A DNA stretch of 64,000 nt, taken from Alphaproteobacteria bacterium. GTDB lineage: Bacteria; Pseudomonadota; Alphaproteobacteria; GCA-2731375. This document shows positions 28,943 through 37,919 of this stretch, one piece after another (position 1 is the stretch's first letter; every line of letters starts with the position of its first letter). The notes under the pieces are model-generated. The model saw nothing but the letters and a program-made list of their open reading frames with translations, was not told where the DNA came from and did not search any database. The stretch covers positions 17,086-81,085 of the forward strand of contig JASMDX010000075.1 of the NCBI GenBank assembly GCA_030752605.1, in the 5' to 3' direction. The position numbers were made by a program, and so were the translations under genes.

Positions 28943-29956
28943 CTAGCCCTCCAACAATTCTTGCACCGCCGCGCGCACATGCGCCTCATCATCGGTGTTG
29001 TCGATAGGGTTGCCCGCGCGGTGGCCCCAGATGGATTCGATGGGCCGGAACTCAGCGTTCGGCATTTGCGTGCATTCGGCCTCGCTATCCTCGGGCGTGA
29101 AGTAGAGATCCGTGCGCGAGGGCATGATCATGGCGCGGGCCTCGATGGCGCCCAGGGCGGTGGCCAGATCGCCGTTATAAATCTCGTTGTCAGATATATC
29201 TGAATCGTACCAGACCGCCAGCATGGCAAGCAGATCATCGCCATTGCGGCGCAGGAAATTTGCCTCCCAGCCGCGCACCAGATAATCCTCCAACGAGGCG
29301 AAACCCAGCTCCAGGTGCTTTTCCTGACGATAGAAGGCTTGGCTCATGGCCCAACCGGCATACAAGCGCCCCATGGCGCGCAAGCCACGCACGGGCCGGG
29401 CGGTGAAGCCACTCTCCTGCCAGGCCGGATCGGCGGTCAAGGTGGCGCGCACACCTTCGAGGAAAACCTTGTTATGGGGCGTGGTACGTGCCGAGCCGCA
29501 GACGGCGCAAATGGCGTCTACTTGATCCGGGAAGATGGCGCCCCAATGCAGGGCTTGTTGGGCGCCCATTGACCAGCCATAGACGAGAGCCAGATGCTCG
29601 ATTCCAAAATTTTCTTTTAGCAAGCGGTTCTGGGCCTGCACGTTGTCCCAATGGCTGAAGCGGGGAAAGCGCCCCATGCCATAGGGTTCCGCGATGTTGG
29701 AGGGAGAGGAAGAGAGTCCGTTGCCGAACATGTTGGGGATGATGATGAAGTACTTTTCTGGATCCAGGATACCGCCCGGACGGATCAACCATTCGATATC
29801 GATATGCTGGGCGCCATACGAGGTGGGATAGAGCACCACGTTGGATTTATCCGCCGCCAGTTTGCCATAGGTTTGATAGGTCAATTGCGCATTGGTCAGG
29901 GTCATGCCCCGCTGTAGGCGCAGATTGTCCAACTCGAAAACCTTGTAATCGTCCAT
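28943..29956 (-). CDS. Alpha/beta hydrolase, homoserine O-acetyltransferase (MetX)-like
   Basis: YQTYGKL, FGNGLSSSPS, GWSMGA nucleophile, DLYF, WGH. It has YPTSYG in place of the HALTG of true MetX. Confidence 0.8.
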   Translation of the reverse strand: MDDYKVFELDNLRLQRGMTLTNAQLTYQTYGKLAADKSNVVLYPTSYGAQHIDIEWLIRPGGILDPEKYFIIIPNMFGNGLSSSPSNIAEPYGMGRFPRFSHWDNVQAQNRLLKENFGIEHLALVYGWSMGAQQALHWGAIFPDQVDAICAVCGSARTTPHNKVFLEGVRATLTADPAWQESGFTARPVRGLRAMGRLYAGWAMSQAFYRQEKHLELGFASLEDYLVRGWEANFLRRNGDDLLAMLAVWYDSDISDNEIYNGDLATALGAIEARAMIMPSRTDLYFTPEDSEAECTQMPNAEFRPIESIWGHRAGNPIDNTDDEAHVRAAVQELLEG

Positions 29957-30050
29957 TTTTGTGCTCCCTCCACTGCTTATCCTATCGCCAGCGGGCGGAG
30001 TGGTCCAATATGATCGCCTGCAATTCGTATTTCAGAGGGCCCCGATTGCC

Positions 30051-31964
30051 ATGACCAAGCCAAAACCAGCATCGCCGACCACCCAGGCAGCGCAAAAGGC
30101 TGTGCTGGAAGCTCTGCCGTTTGAAGATCAATTCGATTTCGAGCAGGCTCAGCGCGGTTTTATTGCCGCCGTGCCCGATGGCCAGGTCACGAATGCGCGC
30201 GGCGCTGAACTTTGGGATTTGCAGGCGTACGATTTTCTGAACCAAGGCGAGGCGCCTGATACGGTCAATCCCAGCCTCTGGCGCATGGCACAATTGAACA
30301 TGAATAACGGCCTCTACAAGGTGTGTGAGCGGGTCTATCAGCTACGTGGCATCGATCTGGCCAATATGACGATCATTGAAGGCGACAGCGGCCTGATCAT
30401 CGTCGATCCCATGACCACGGCCGAGGTGGCAGGCGCTGGGTTGGATCTGTATCATGCCCATCGCCCGGAAAAACCGGTTGTCTGCGTGATCTACTCTCAC
30501 AGTCATGTGGATCACTATGGCGGCGCCATGGGTGTGGCCAGTGCCGAGGATGCCGCATCTGGCAAGGTCAGCGTGATCGCGCCGGATCAGTTTGTCGAGG
30601 AATTAAGCGGCGAAAATGTCATCGCCGGCAATGCCATGATGCGCCGGGCACAGTTCCAGTTCGGCGGTTTGTTGCGCAAGGGAGCGTGCGGCCAGGTTGA
30701 TGCCGGCCTGGGCAAGGTCACGGCGCGGGGTCGGGTGACCTTGATCTCGCCGACATTAGTGATAACCGAGCCAACGGAAACTCATGCCGTTGATGGCGTG
30801 GAGATAGTCTTTCAACTGGCCCCGGATTCAGAGGCGCCGGCGGAAATGCATATGTTCTTGCCGCAATTCGGTGTCTTGAATATGGCGGAGAACACCACGC
30901 GCCTGCTACACAACTTTATTCCCTTTCGAGGCTCGGTCGCGCGCGACCCGCGCATCTGGTCGCGGCATATCTCCGATGCGATCACGATGTTTGGTGACCG
31001 GACCGAAGTTCTGATCGGCCAGCATCACTGGCCCACATGGGGCCGGGACGAGGTTAGGGCCTATTTGGAAAAGCAGCGGGATCTGTACAAATATATTCAC
31101 GACCAGACAGTCCGTTTAATGAACCATGGCCTCAACCGTGAGGAAATCTCCGAGGAGCTGGACCTGCCTCCCGGTCTGGATCAGGAATGGTCCGTGCGCG
31201 GTTACTACGGCAGCGTCAGCCATAACGCCAAGGCTGTCTATCAGCGATATCTCAGCTGGTATGATGCCAACCCGGCCAATCTGAACCAGTTGCCCCGGCG
31301 CGAAGCCGGAAGAAAGATGGTCGAATATATGGGCGGCGCCGAGGCGCTGCTTTTTCGTGCTCAGGCGGATTTCGGGGTTGGGGAGTACCGTTGGGTGGCG
31401 CAAGTGTTGAGCCATCTGGTCTTTGCCGAGCCGGAAAATATGGCAGGGCGGCAACTATTGGCAGATACCTTTGAACAACTCGGTTATCAGGCGGAAAGTG
31501 CGACCTGGCGTAACGCCTATCTGTATGGCGCGCAGGAACTGCGCCACGGCTTGGCCAAACTGCCTCCGCGCCGGATGATCAGCCCGGACATGCTGACCGC
31601 GCTGAGCGGTGGGGCGCTGTTTGATTTCATGGCCGTGCGTCTGAATGGCGCCAAGGCCGCCGGCCTGCGCTGGCGGATCAACTGGCATTTGAGTGACATC
31701 GACGAACGCCTGATGATGAACCTGCAGAATTGCACCATGACGTACATGCCTGGCGAGGTGGCGGACGACGCGGCTGCGTCCGTGCGGGTCAGCCGCGAGG
31801 TGCTGGTGGCGGTAAACGTGCGTAAGACCAATGTGACAGAGGCCTTGGCCGCCGGCGAAATGGAAATCAAAGGTGATCCGGCGCTGGTCGTGCGGCTTTT
31901 CGAAATATTGGATGATTTTGATATGATGTTCGATGTCGTCGCACCCAGTCTGAAGGGAGAGTGA
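30051..31964 (+). CDS. Alkyl/aryl sulfatase, SdsA-type metallo-beta-lactamase fold with C-terminal SCP2
   Basis: DTVNPSLWR, HSHVDH, EAPAEM, QHHWP, RGYYGS, WRNAYL. No signal peptide. Confidence 0.9.
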   Translation: MTKPKPASPTTQAAQKAVLEALPFEDQFDFEQAQRGFIAAVPDGQVTNARGAELWDLQAYDFLNQGEAPDTVNPSLWRMAQLNMNNGLYKVCERVYQLRGIDLANMTIIEGDSGLIIVDPMTTAEVAGAGLDLYHAHRPEKPVVCVIYSHSHVDHYGGAMGVASAEDAASGKVSVIAPDQFVEELSGENVIAGNAMMRRAQFQFGGLLRKGACGQVDAGLGKVTARGRVTLISPTLVITEPTETHAVDGVEIVFQLAPDSEAPAEMHMFLPQFGVLNMAENTTRLLHNFIPFRGSVARDPRIWSRHISDAITMFGDRTEVLIGQHHWPTWGRDEVRAYLEKQRDLYKYIHDQTVRLMNHGLNREEISEELDLPPGLDQEWSVRGYYGSVSHNAKAVYQRYLSWYDANPANLNQLPRREAGRKMVEYMGGAEALLFRAQADFGVGEYRWVAQVLSHLVFAEPENMAGRQLLADTFEQLGYQAESATWRNAYLYGAQELRHGLAKLPPRRMISPDMLTALSGGALFDFMAVRLNGAKAAGLRWRINWHLSDIDERLMMNLQNCTMTYMPGEVADDAAASVRVSREVLVAVNVRKTNVTEALAAGEMEIKGDPALVVRLFEILDDFDMMFDVVAPSLKGE

Positions 31965-31968
31965 AACT

Positions 31969-32943
31969 TTGACGGAAACAACGTACAGCATCGGTGTTAT
32001 CGGCCTCGGTATCATGGGGCGGCGGATGATCGCGAATGTGATCAAACATTTCCGCCTTGCTATCAGCGGCGCCTGGGATCCGGATTCCCGGGCCTGCGCG
32101 GACGCAGCGGCGGAAACGCCTGACCTGGCGATCATGGCGGATGCGGACGCGGTTATCGCGCGGGCGGATCTGATATACGTTGCCACGCCGCCTTTATGGC
32201 ACCGGGAATATGCGGACCGGGCCATGGTGGCCGAAAAGCCGCTCTATTGTGAAAAACCCCTGGGCATCGATGTGGAGAGCAGCCGCGATCTGGTGGCGAC
32301 CTTGGACAACAGCTATACGCCCAACGTAGTGAATTTCATCCAGGCATCATCTCGCGCCGTGACCTTGACCAAGGAGCGCGTCGACAACGGCGCCCTGGGT
32401 GAAATCATCGGCGTCGATATCATCGTACATTTTTCCCGCTGGCCTCGGGATTGGCAGGCAGACGCCGATTGGCTACGTTTTCGTGATCAGGGCGGCTATA
32501 CACGCGAGGTGTTGTCGCATTTTATCTTTGTCACCCAGCGTCTGTTGGGGCCGGCAGCCTTGATCACCTCCTGTCCGGTCTATCAGGATGATCCTGAATT
32601 GTGCGAGACGCATATTTCCGCCGTGCTCGATTGTGGTGGCGTGCCGATTTCGGTGTTGGGGACCAGCGGCGGGGCGGGACCCGACAGGGTGGAAATGACG
32701 GTCTGGGGCAGCGAGCGGAGTCACCGTTTGCATGATTGGTTCTTCCTTCAATCCAGCAACGGCGGTGACTGGATGCAGGAATTCCCAGAGGTCGAGGATC
32801 CGCGCGTTGAAAGTTTCGGCTTGCAATTGGACAATGTGGCGGCTTGGATGGACGGCGAACCCAATGTCCTAGCCAGTGCCGCCGATGCCCTGGGGGTGCA
32901 AGAACTGGTCGAGGCGATGTTGGGTGCTGAAATAGGCGAGTAG
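31969..32943 (+). CDS. Gfo/Idh/MocA family oxidoreductase
   Basis: GLGIMG, VATPP, CEKP. Confidence 0.85.
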   Translation: MTETTYSIGVIGLGIMGRRMIANVIKHFRLAISGAWDPDSRACADAAAETPDLAIMADADAVIARADLIYVATPPLWHREYADRAMVAEKPLYCEKPLGIDVESSRDLVATLDNSYTPNVVNFIQASSRAVTLTKERVDNGALGEIIGVDIIVHFSRWPRDWQADADWLRFRDQGGYTREVLSHFIFVTQRLLGPAALITSCPVYQDDPELCETHISAVLDCGGVPISVLGTSGGAGPDRVEMTVWGSERSHRLHDWFFLQSSNGGDWMQEFPEVEDPRVESFGLQLDNVAAWMDGEPNVLASAADALGVQELVEAMLGAEIGE

Positions 32944-32948
32944 ACGGA

Positions 32949-34013
32949 ATGGTGAGGGAAGACCATAGGCCCATTGAGGGGGCCTGCGCCTGGTTAGGTA
33001 CGGAGATGGTGGATAATTCGCGTTGGCGGTTAGTGCTGTCGAATGACGATGTCGCGGAACTAAAGGCCGCCTGCGCCTCGGTTCAACAGAGCGGTATTCC
33101 ATGGCCGCAGATGAGCAAGGCGGACTTTCCACTCGTGCATCTGCCTGCCAAGCTGGCGGATATGGCCGAGGAGTTGGAACATGGCAGCGGCCTGGCCAAT
33201 TTGTCCGGGTTGCCCGTTGAGGCCTTCGGCGATGGTTTGCGCCATGTTTGGTATGGCATCGGCTTGCATATGGGGCAGCCGGTGGAACAAGATGGCAATG
33301 GCCTGTTGATGCGCGATATCCAGGACGAAAGCCAGGATACCGACACCATATTTGGGCATAAATTAACGGCGCGGAATGGCAGTACCTTTACTTCGTCCAA
33401 GGCGCGCACACTGTCCAACAATCTGTTGCGCTTTCATACCGACCGTGCGGATGTGGTGGCGCTGTTATGTTTGCGTCAGGCACCGATTGGCGGGGTCAGT
33501 CGGATCGCTTCTTCGGCCACGGTCCACAATGTGATGTTAGGGCGGCACCCGGATTTGGCGGCGCTGTTATATGGTCCCTATCACCGCTCCCGCCTGGGCG
33601 AGGAACGCGGTGGTGAGGCCATGAGCTATGCCTTGCCTGTGTTCGGCCAACGGGACGGCCGCTTTACCTCGCATTATTCCCGCACCTATGTCGAAGCGGC
33701 CCAGGAAATGCCCGGTGTTCCAATTATGGAGGACCGCCATTGGCAAGCCCTGGATATGTTGAATGAGCTGGCGGATGAGTTATGCATGGAGATGACCATG
33801 CAGGCCGGTGACATGCAGTTCATCAACAATCATGTGATATATCACGCCCGCACGGCCTTTCAAGACCACCCCGGCAGCAGCGTCGACCAGCGCCGTTGTC
33901 TGCACCGTTTGTGGCTGTCCATGCCCAACAGCCGGCCCTTGCCGGAGGATCATGCGGTGCTATGGCAAAATGTCGAGGCCGGCGCCTTGCGCGGCGGCAT
34001 TATTCAGGGCTAA
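32949..34013 (+). CDS. TauD/TfdA (clavaminate-synthase-like) Fe(II)/2-oxoglutarate dioxygenase
   Basis: FHTD, NNHVIYHAR, RCLHRLWL. Confidence 0.85.
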   Translation: MVREDHRPIEGACAWLGTEMVDNSRWRLVLSNDDVAELKAACASVQQSGIPWPQMSKADFPLVHLPAKLADMAEELEHGSGLANLSGLPVEAFGDGLRHVWYGIGLHMGQPVEQDGNGLLMRDIQDESQDTDTIFGHKLTARNGSTFTSSKARTLSNNLLRFHTDRADVVALLCLRQAPIGGVSRIASSATVHNVMLGRHPDLAALLYGPYHRSRLGEERGGEAMSYALPVFGQRDGRFTSHYSRTYVEAAQEMPGVPIMEDRHWQALDMLNELADELCMEMTMQAGDMQFINNHVIYHARTAFQDHPGSSVDQRRCLHRLWLSMPNSRPLPEDHAVLWQNVEAGALRGGIIQG

Positions 34014-34021
34014 GACCTGAA

Positions 34022-34459
34022 CTATTCCGTCAGGGGCACGCCCGGTACCCAAAGATAGCCGTCCTGGTCGATAATATAGGCCTCGCGCAGGCCATGGGGC
34101 TTGTCCAGGGCGCCGGCCAAAACCTCGAAACCCAATTCCCGCGCCCGGGCCTCGGCGATATCGGGGTCACGGCCATATAGGCGCAATTCCGCGCCGATGC
34201 CGCGCGCCAGATCCTCATCCAGGCTACCCTTCAGGGGATGGCTGCTGTAGGTGTGGTCGGCGTGCAGCATCCATTCGGCGCCATAGCCGCGCAGGGCTGC
34301 AAAATCCGGGTCTGAATGCACCACTTCGGCGCCCAGAACCTCAATCTGGAACATTAGGGCGCCGGGAACATCACGCACCACCAGATTGACCCCTAAACCA
34401 CGCAGGCCACGGCCATATTCAGGAGCGGGCATCCAAGGAGTGCTGGTGGACAGCTTCAT
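34022..34459 (-). CDS. VOC/glyoxalase family protein
   Basis: NLVVRDV, DKPHGLREAYIIDQDGYLW; AAGGA RBS. Confidence 0.8.
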   Translation of the reverse strand: MKLSTSTPWMPAPEYGRGLRGLGVNLVVRDVPGALMFQIEVLGAEVVHSDPDFAALRGYGAEWMLHADHTYSSHPLKGSLDEDLARGIGAELRLYGRDPDIAEARARELGFEVLAGALDKPHGLREAYIIDQDGYLWVPGVPLTE

Positions 34460-34511
34460 AATTCATTCCTTTTGGGCCGTAATTTATAACGCCTTTAGCT
34501 TAAATTAAAAA

Positions 34512-34554
34512 TGGCCCTTATAAAAGATCAATATATGATAATAATGTAGGGCCA
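34512..34554. promoter_or_regulatory. Inverted repeat TGGCCCT-N29-AGGGCCA, probable MocR-family operator
   Basis: Perfect 7-bp arms around a very AT-rich spacer, in the divergent gap between the VOC gene and the MocR regulator. Confidence 0.5.
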
Positions 34555-34571
34555 ATAATTTTAGAGAGGAT

Positions 34572-36086
34572 ATGACCATGCCTGGCGGCGCCAAATTACT
34601 GGCTCTTGACCTGGATAAAGACAATACGGGACCGCTTTATCGGCAGTTATACGACCTTTTACGCCTGATGATCCTGGATGGCCGTTTGCCATCGGGTAGC
34701 CGCTTGCCGGCCAATCGTGTCTTGGCCCAAGATCTGTCGCTGTCTCGCAATACGGTGGCCACGGCCCTGCAACAGCTTTTGGCCGAAGGATATGTGGAAA
34801 CCCGGCGAGGTGACGGTACCTATGTGGCCTCGGAATTACCCGATGACGTATTGGGCGGACCGGACTGCCACCAGCCTGACCGTCATGCCTACCGAACCGA
34901 GCAAGCGGATGATGTTGCCCGCCGCTATGGTCTTTCCCGACGCGGCCAAACCCTGGCGGCGATCAGCCGGGCCTCGGTGGGCAGTACCACGGCCTTTGCC
35001 CCCGGACCGGATATAGATGCTTTTCCTTTTGCCGTTTGGGCTCGCCTGTTGGCGCGCTTTTGGCGCCGCCCGGGTTCGGAATTGGCAATCAGCCGCGATG
35101 CCGGCGGTTATCCACCCTTGAAGGCGGCGATCGCGGCCTACTTGGGCGCCATGCGCGGCGTGCGCTGCGATCCCGGCCAGATCATCGTGGTCAGCGGGGC
35201 CCAGCAGGCGATCGGCCTGGCGGCCCAGGTTTTGCTGGATCATGATGATCAGGCCATGGTGGAGGAGCCGGGTTATGGCGGTATACGGGGCGCTCTGACC
35301 GCCGCTGGCCTGCGCATGGCGCTTGTGCCCGTCGATGAGGAAGGCATGGATATCGCCGCCGGCGAGGCCCGCGCGCCCATGGCGCGGCTGGCCTGTGTCG
35401 CGCCGTCGCACCAGCATCCCCTGGGCGTGGTGATGAGCCTGCGCCGGCGTTTGGCTCTGATCGAATGGGCCCGGCGGCGCCAGGGTTGGATTTTGGAAGA
35501 CGACTACGATAGTGAATACCGTTATGCTGGCCGGCCCCTGGCTGCCTTGCAGGGTTTGGACACCACGGGGCGGGTGATCTATGTGGGCAGCTTTTCCAAG
35601 GTGCTGTTTCCCGCCTTGCGACTGGGCTATCTGGTGGTGCCCCCTGATCTGGTGGATCCTTTCATTCGGGCCCGGCGGGTGCTGGACGATCATACCGCCA
35701 TGCTGGCTCAGCCGGTGCTGGCGCGGTTCATCGAGGATGGTCATTTCGCCGCCCATGTGCGCCGTATGCGCCGGCTGTACGCAGACCGTCAAGAAGCCTT
35801 GCTGAGCGCGGCAAAGGCTCATCTGAGCGGTTTGCTTAAGATCGATGCCGATGAGGCCGGCATGCATCTGATCGCCAGTCCGGCGTCCGGGTCAATGGGC
35901 GCGATGGATGACCGATCGATCGCCCAGGCGGCGGCCAAGGCCGGGGTCATGGTCATGGCCTTGAGCACGGCCTATGCCGGCAAGCCTGTGCGCCGGGGCT
36001 TGATACTGGGTTATGCCGCGCACGATGAAGACGCAATCGCGGCTGCCGCCCGGCGTCTTGGTGAAATCATGGCGGCCGCGGCATGA
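34572..36086 (+). CDS. MocR/PdxR family GntR-PLP transcriptional regulator
   Basis: wHTH (PLYRQLY, SRNTV, AEGY), EDDYDSEYRY, GSFSKVLFPALRLGY. Confidence 0.93.
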   Translation: MTMPGGAKLLALDLDKDNTGPLYRQLYDLLRLMILDGRLPSGSRLPANRVLAQDLSLSRNTVATALQQLLAEGYVETRRGDGTYVASELPDDVLGGPDCHQPDRHAYRTEQADDVARRYGLSRRGQTLAAISRASVGSTTAFAPGPDIDAFPFAVWARLLARFWRRPGSELAISRDAGGYPPLKAAIAAYLGAMRGVRCDPGQIIVVSGAQQAIGLAAQVLLDHDDQAMVEEPGYGGIRGALTAAGLRMALVPVDEEGMDIAAGEARAPMARLACVAPSHQHPLGVVMSLRRRLALIEWARRRQGWILEDDYDSEYRYAGRPLAALQGLDTTGRVIYVGSFSKVLFPALRLGYLVVPPDLVDPFIRARRVLDDHTAMLAQPVLARFIEDGHFAAHVRRMRRLYADRQEALLSAAKAHLSGLLKIDADEAGMHLIASPASGSMGAMDDRSIAQAAAKAGVMVMALSTAYAGKPVRRGLILGYAAHDEDAIAAAARRLGEIMAAAA

Positions 36087-36171
36087 ACGCTTGCGATGCG
36101 CCAGTGCCCCGCCTATGTATTTCGCTGCGCCCCACGACAATTCACAATCAGGGGCAAGCTAGGAGAACACC

Positions 36172-36591
36172 ATGAGCGACGATATTTTGAACCCACATAG
36201 TGCCCTGGTTTATATCATGGTACTGGTCTCCGCCGCCGACAATGACATGACTGACCGGGAATTGAAACGCATTGGTGATCTGGTGCAAAACCTGCCCGTC
36301 TTCGACGATTTCGATACGGATGAACTGGTCCCCCTGGCTGAGGAATGCGCCGCCAAGCTGGGCCAGCCCGGCGGTCTGGATCAGGTGCTTGACCTGATCG
36401 TCGCCTCCCTGCCGGCGAAGTTGAGCGAGACCGCCTATGCCCTGGCCTGCGAGATTGCCGCCGCCGATCTGCATGTGGAGCAGGAGGAACTGCGCCTGTT
36501 GCAACAATTGCGCGACAGCCTGCAACTGGACCGCCTGATCGCCGCCGCCATCGAACGCGGTGTTCGCGCCCGGCATACCAGTTTGGATTGA
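36172..36591 (+). CDS. TerB-family (tellurite resistance) protein
   Basis: MVLVSAAD..MTDREL, ETAYALACEIAAAD, AAAIER; AGGAG RBS. Confidence 0.82.
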   Translation: MSDDILNPHSALVYIMVLVSAADNDMTDRELKRIGDLVQNLPVFDDFDTDELVPLAEECAAKLGQPGGLDQVLDLIVASLPAKLSETAYALACEIAAADLHVEQEELRLLQQLRDSLQLDRLIAAAIERGVRARHTSLD

Positions 36592-37421
36592 GCCAACAGC
36601 ACCTTGCGGCCGACGAGAACCTGCGGAACTTTCCTTTGGACAATGCATCGCAACAGGAGCTTGCGCGGTTGCTGGCAACCTTGCGCCGGGAAGGCCGGCA
36701 GCAGAGCGGCCTTGACCCAGTGTTGGTGCCGCCCAACAAAGCCGTGGCCTACGACGTCGCGAGAATGGTGGCCGAAGAATTGCGCTGGAAGGTCGCTGGA
36801 TGGAAAATCGCTGCGATCAAGGCGGAGATGCAACAGGCCTTGCGCACCGAAAGCCCGATTTATGGCCGGGTCTTCGCAGGACAAGTCAAGGCCTCGCCCC
36901 AGCACGTCGTGTATGCGGATTTGTGCAGCCCAATCCCGGAAGCCGAATATATGGCGTGCCTGGGCGATGACCTGCCGCCACGCGCCGTGCCCTATAGCGT
37001 TGAAGAAGTGACGGAAGCGGTAGCCTCCCTTCACCCGGGCCTCGAACTTGCCGAATGCCGCTTTGTCCATGACGAGCATTTTCCGCCGTTGGAGGCAATT
37101 CTGGCCGATGGCGCTGGTGGCAGCATGATCGTCCACGGCCCGGCCATCGAGAATTGGCGGGAACGTGATATTGCCGTCCAGCAGGTTGAACTTCGTTGCA
37201 ATGGCAAGCCACGCCGCCAAGGCACCGCCGCCGACGCCCTGGATCACCCCATGGTCCCGCTGACCTGGCTGGCCAACGAACTGTCCCGGACCGGCATCGG
37301 CATGAAGGCCGGACAGATGATCAGCACAGGCACCCTGACCGGCATGCTGGCCCCCAAACCCGGCCAGACCTTCGTCGGGGATTTCGGGCAATTTGGCGCG
37401 GTTACTGCAACCTATGAATAG
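36588..37421 (+). CDS. 2-keto-4-pentenoate hydratase-like protein (FAH superfamily)
   Basis: GWKIA, PIYGR, EAE, LEL, WLANEL, ISTGT. Start uncertain. Confidence 0.82.
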   Translation: MSQQHLAADENLRNFPLDNASQQELARLLATLRREGRQQSGLDPVLVPPNKAVAYDVARMVAEELRWKVAGWKIAAIKAEMQQALRTESPIYGRVFAGQVKASPQHVVYADLCSPIPEAEYMACLGDDLPPRAVPYSVEEVTEAVASLHPGLELAECRFVHDEHFPPLEAILADGAGGSMIVHGPAIENWRERDIAVQQVELRCNGKPRRQGTAADALDHPMVPLTWLANELSRTGIGMKAGQMISTGTLTGMLAPKPGQTFVGDFGQFGAVTATYE

Positions 37422-37432
37422 GGTGTGGCATT

Positions 37433-37459
37433 AAAGGGGCGCGTCCCTTTCTTCCTATT
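37433..37459 (+). terminator. Possible intrinsic terminator
   Basis: AAAGGGG-CGCG-TCCCTTT hairpin followed by a pyrimidine tract, just after the hydratase stop. Confidence 0.35.
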
Positions 37460-37481
37460 CCCTTTGGTATTCCTCCACCAT

Positions 37482-37778
37482 TTAACGAATTGAAGAATGT
37501 TCAAAGTTTGCCGAACGAAGCGCCCCTCGAACCCATTCACCATCCTTTTCTAGTTCGCGCGTGGAACGACCTGTTTCGAGATAAGGTTCAATTAGCGGGT
37601 CTGCCCACTCCCGGATTTCTTTCACTGCAATACAAGCTTGGGTAATCAGTCGGTCTTTGCATTCTTCAAAAGTGTCACCGCCGACAGCGCGAACAGTAAA
37701 TGGAAAAGGACGAGATTCGCCATTGATGTGGAGGGGGTAGGTCATCGTCGCATAGGACCAAATTCCTGATTTGGTCAT
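37482..37778 (-). CDS. Orphan hypothetical protein in lower-GC islet
   Basis: 98-aa ORF, visibly more AT-rich than its flanks, no recognisable family. Confidence 0.45.
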   Translation of the reverse strand: MTKSGIWSYATMTYPLHINGESRPFPFTVRAVGGDTFEECKDRLITQACIAVKEIREWADPLIEPYLETGRSTRELEKDGEWVRGALRSANFEHSSIR

Positions 37779-37919
37779 GACCGCTAATTGGCACTTTTGT
37801 CATCCCGTCGTCCACGTAAACTTCCAATAGCTCTAGCGATAACGCCCAACAGTGCACGTATATCTGGCTCTTCTGGCTTCGGATCGACAGGTAAGCTGTA
37901 GGCCTCCGACTTGTGTGCC

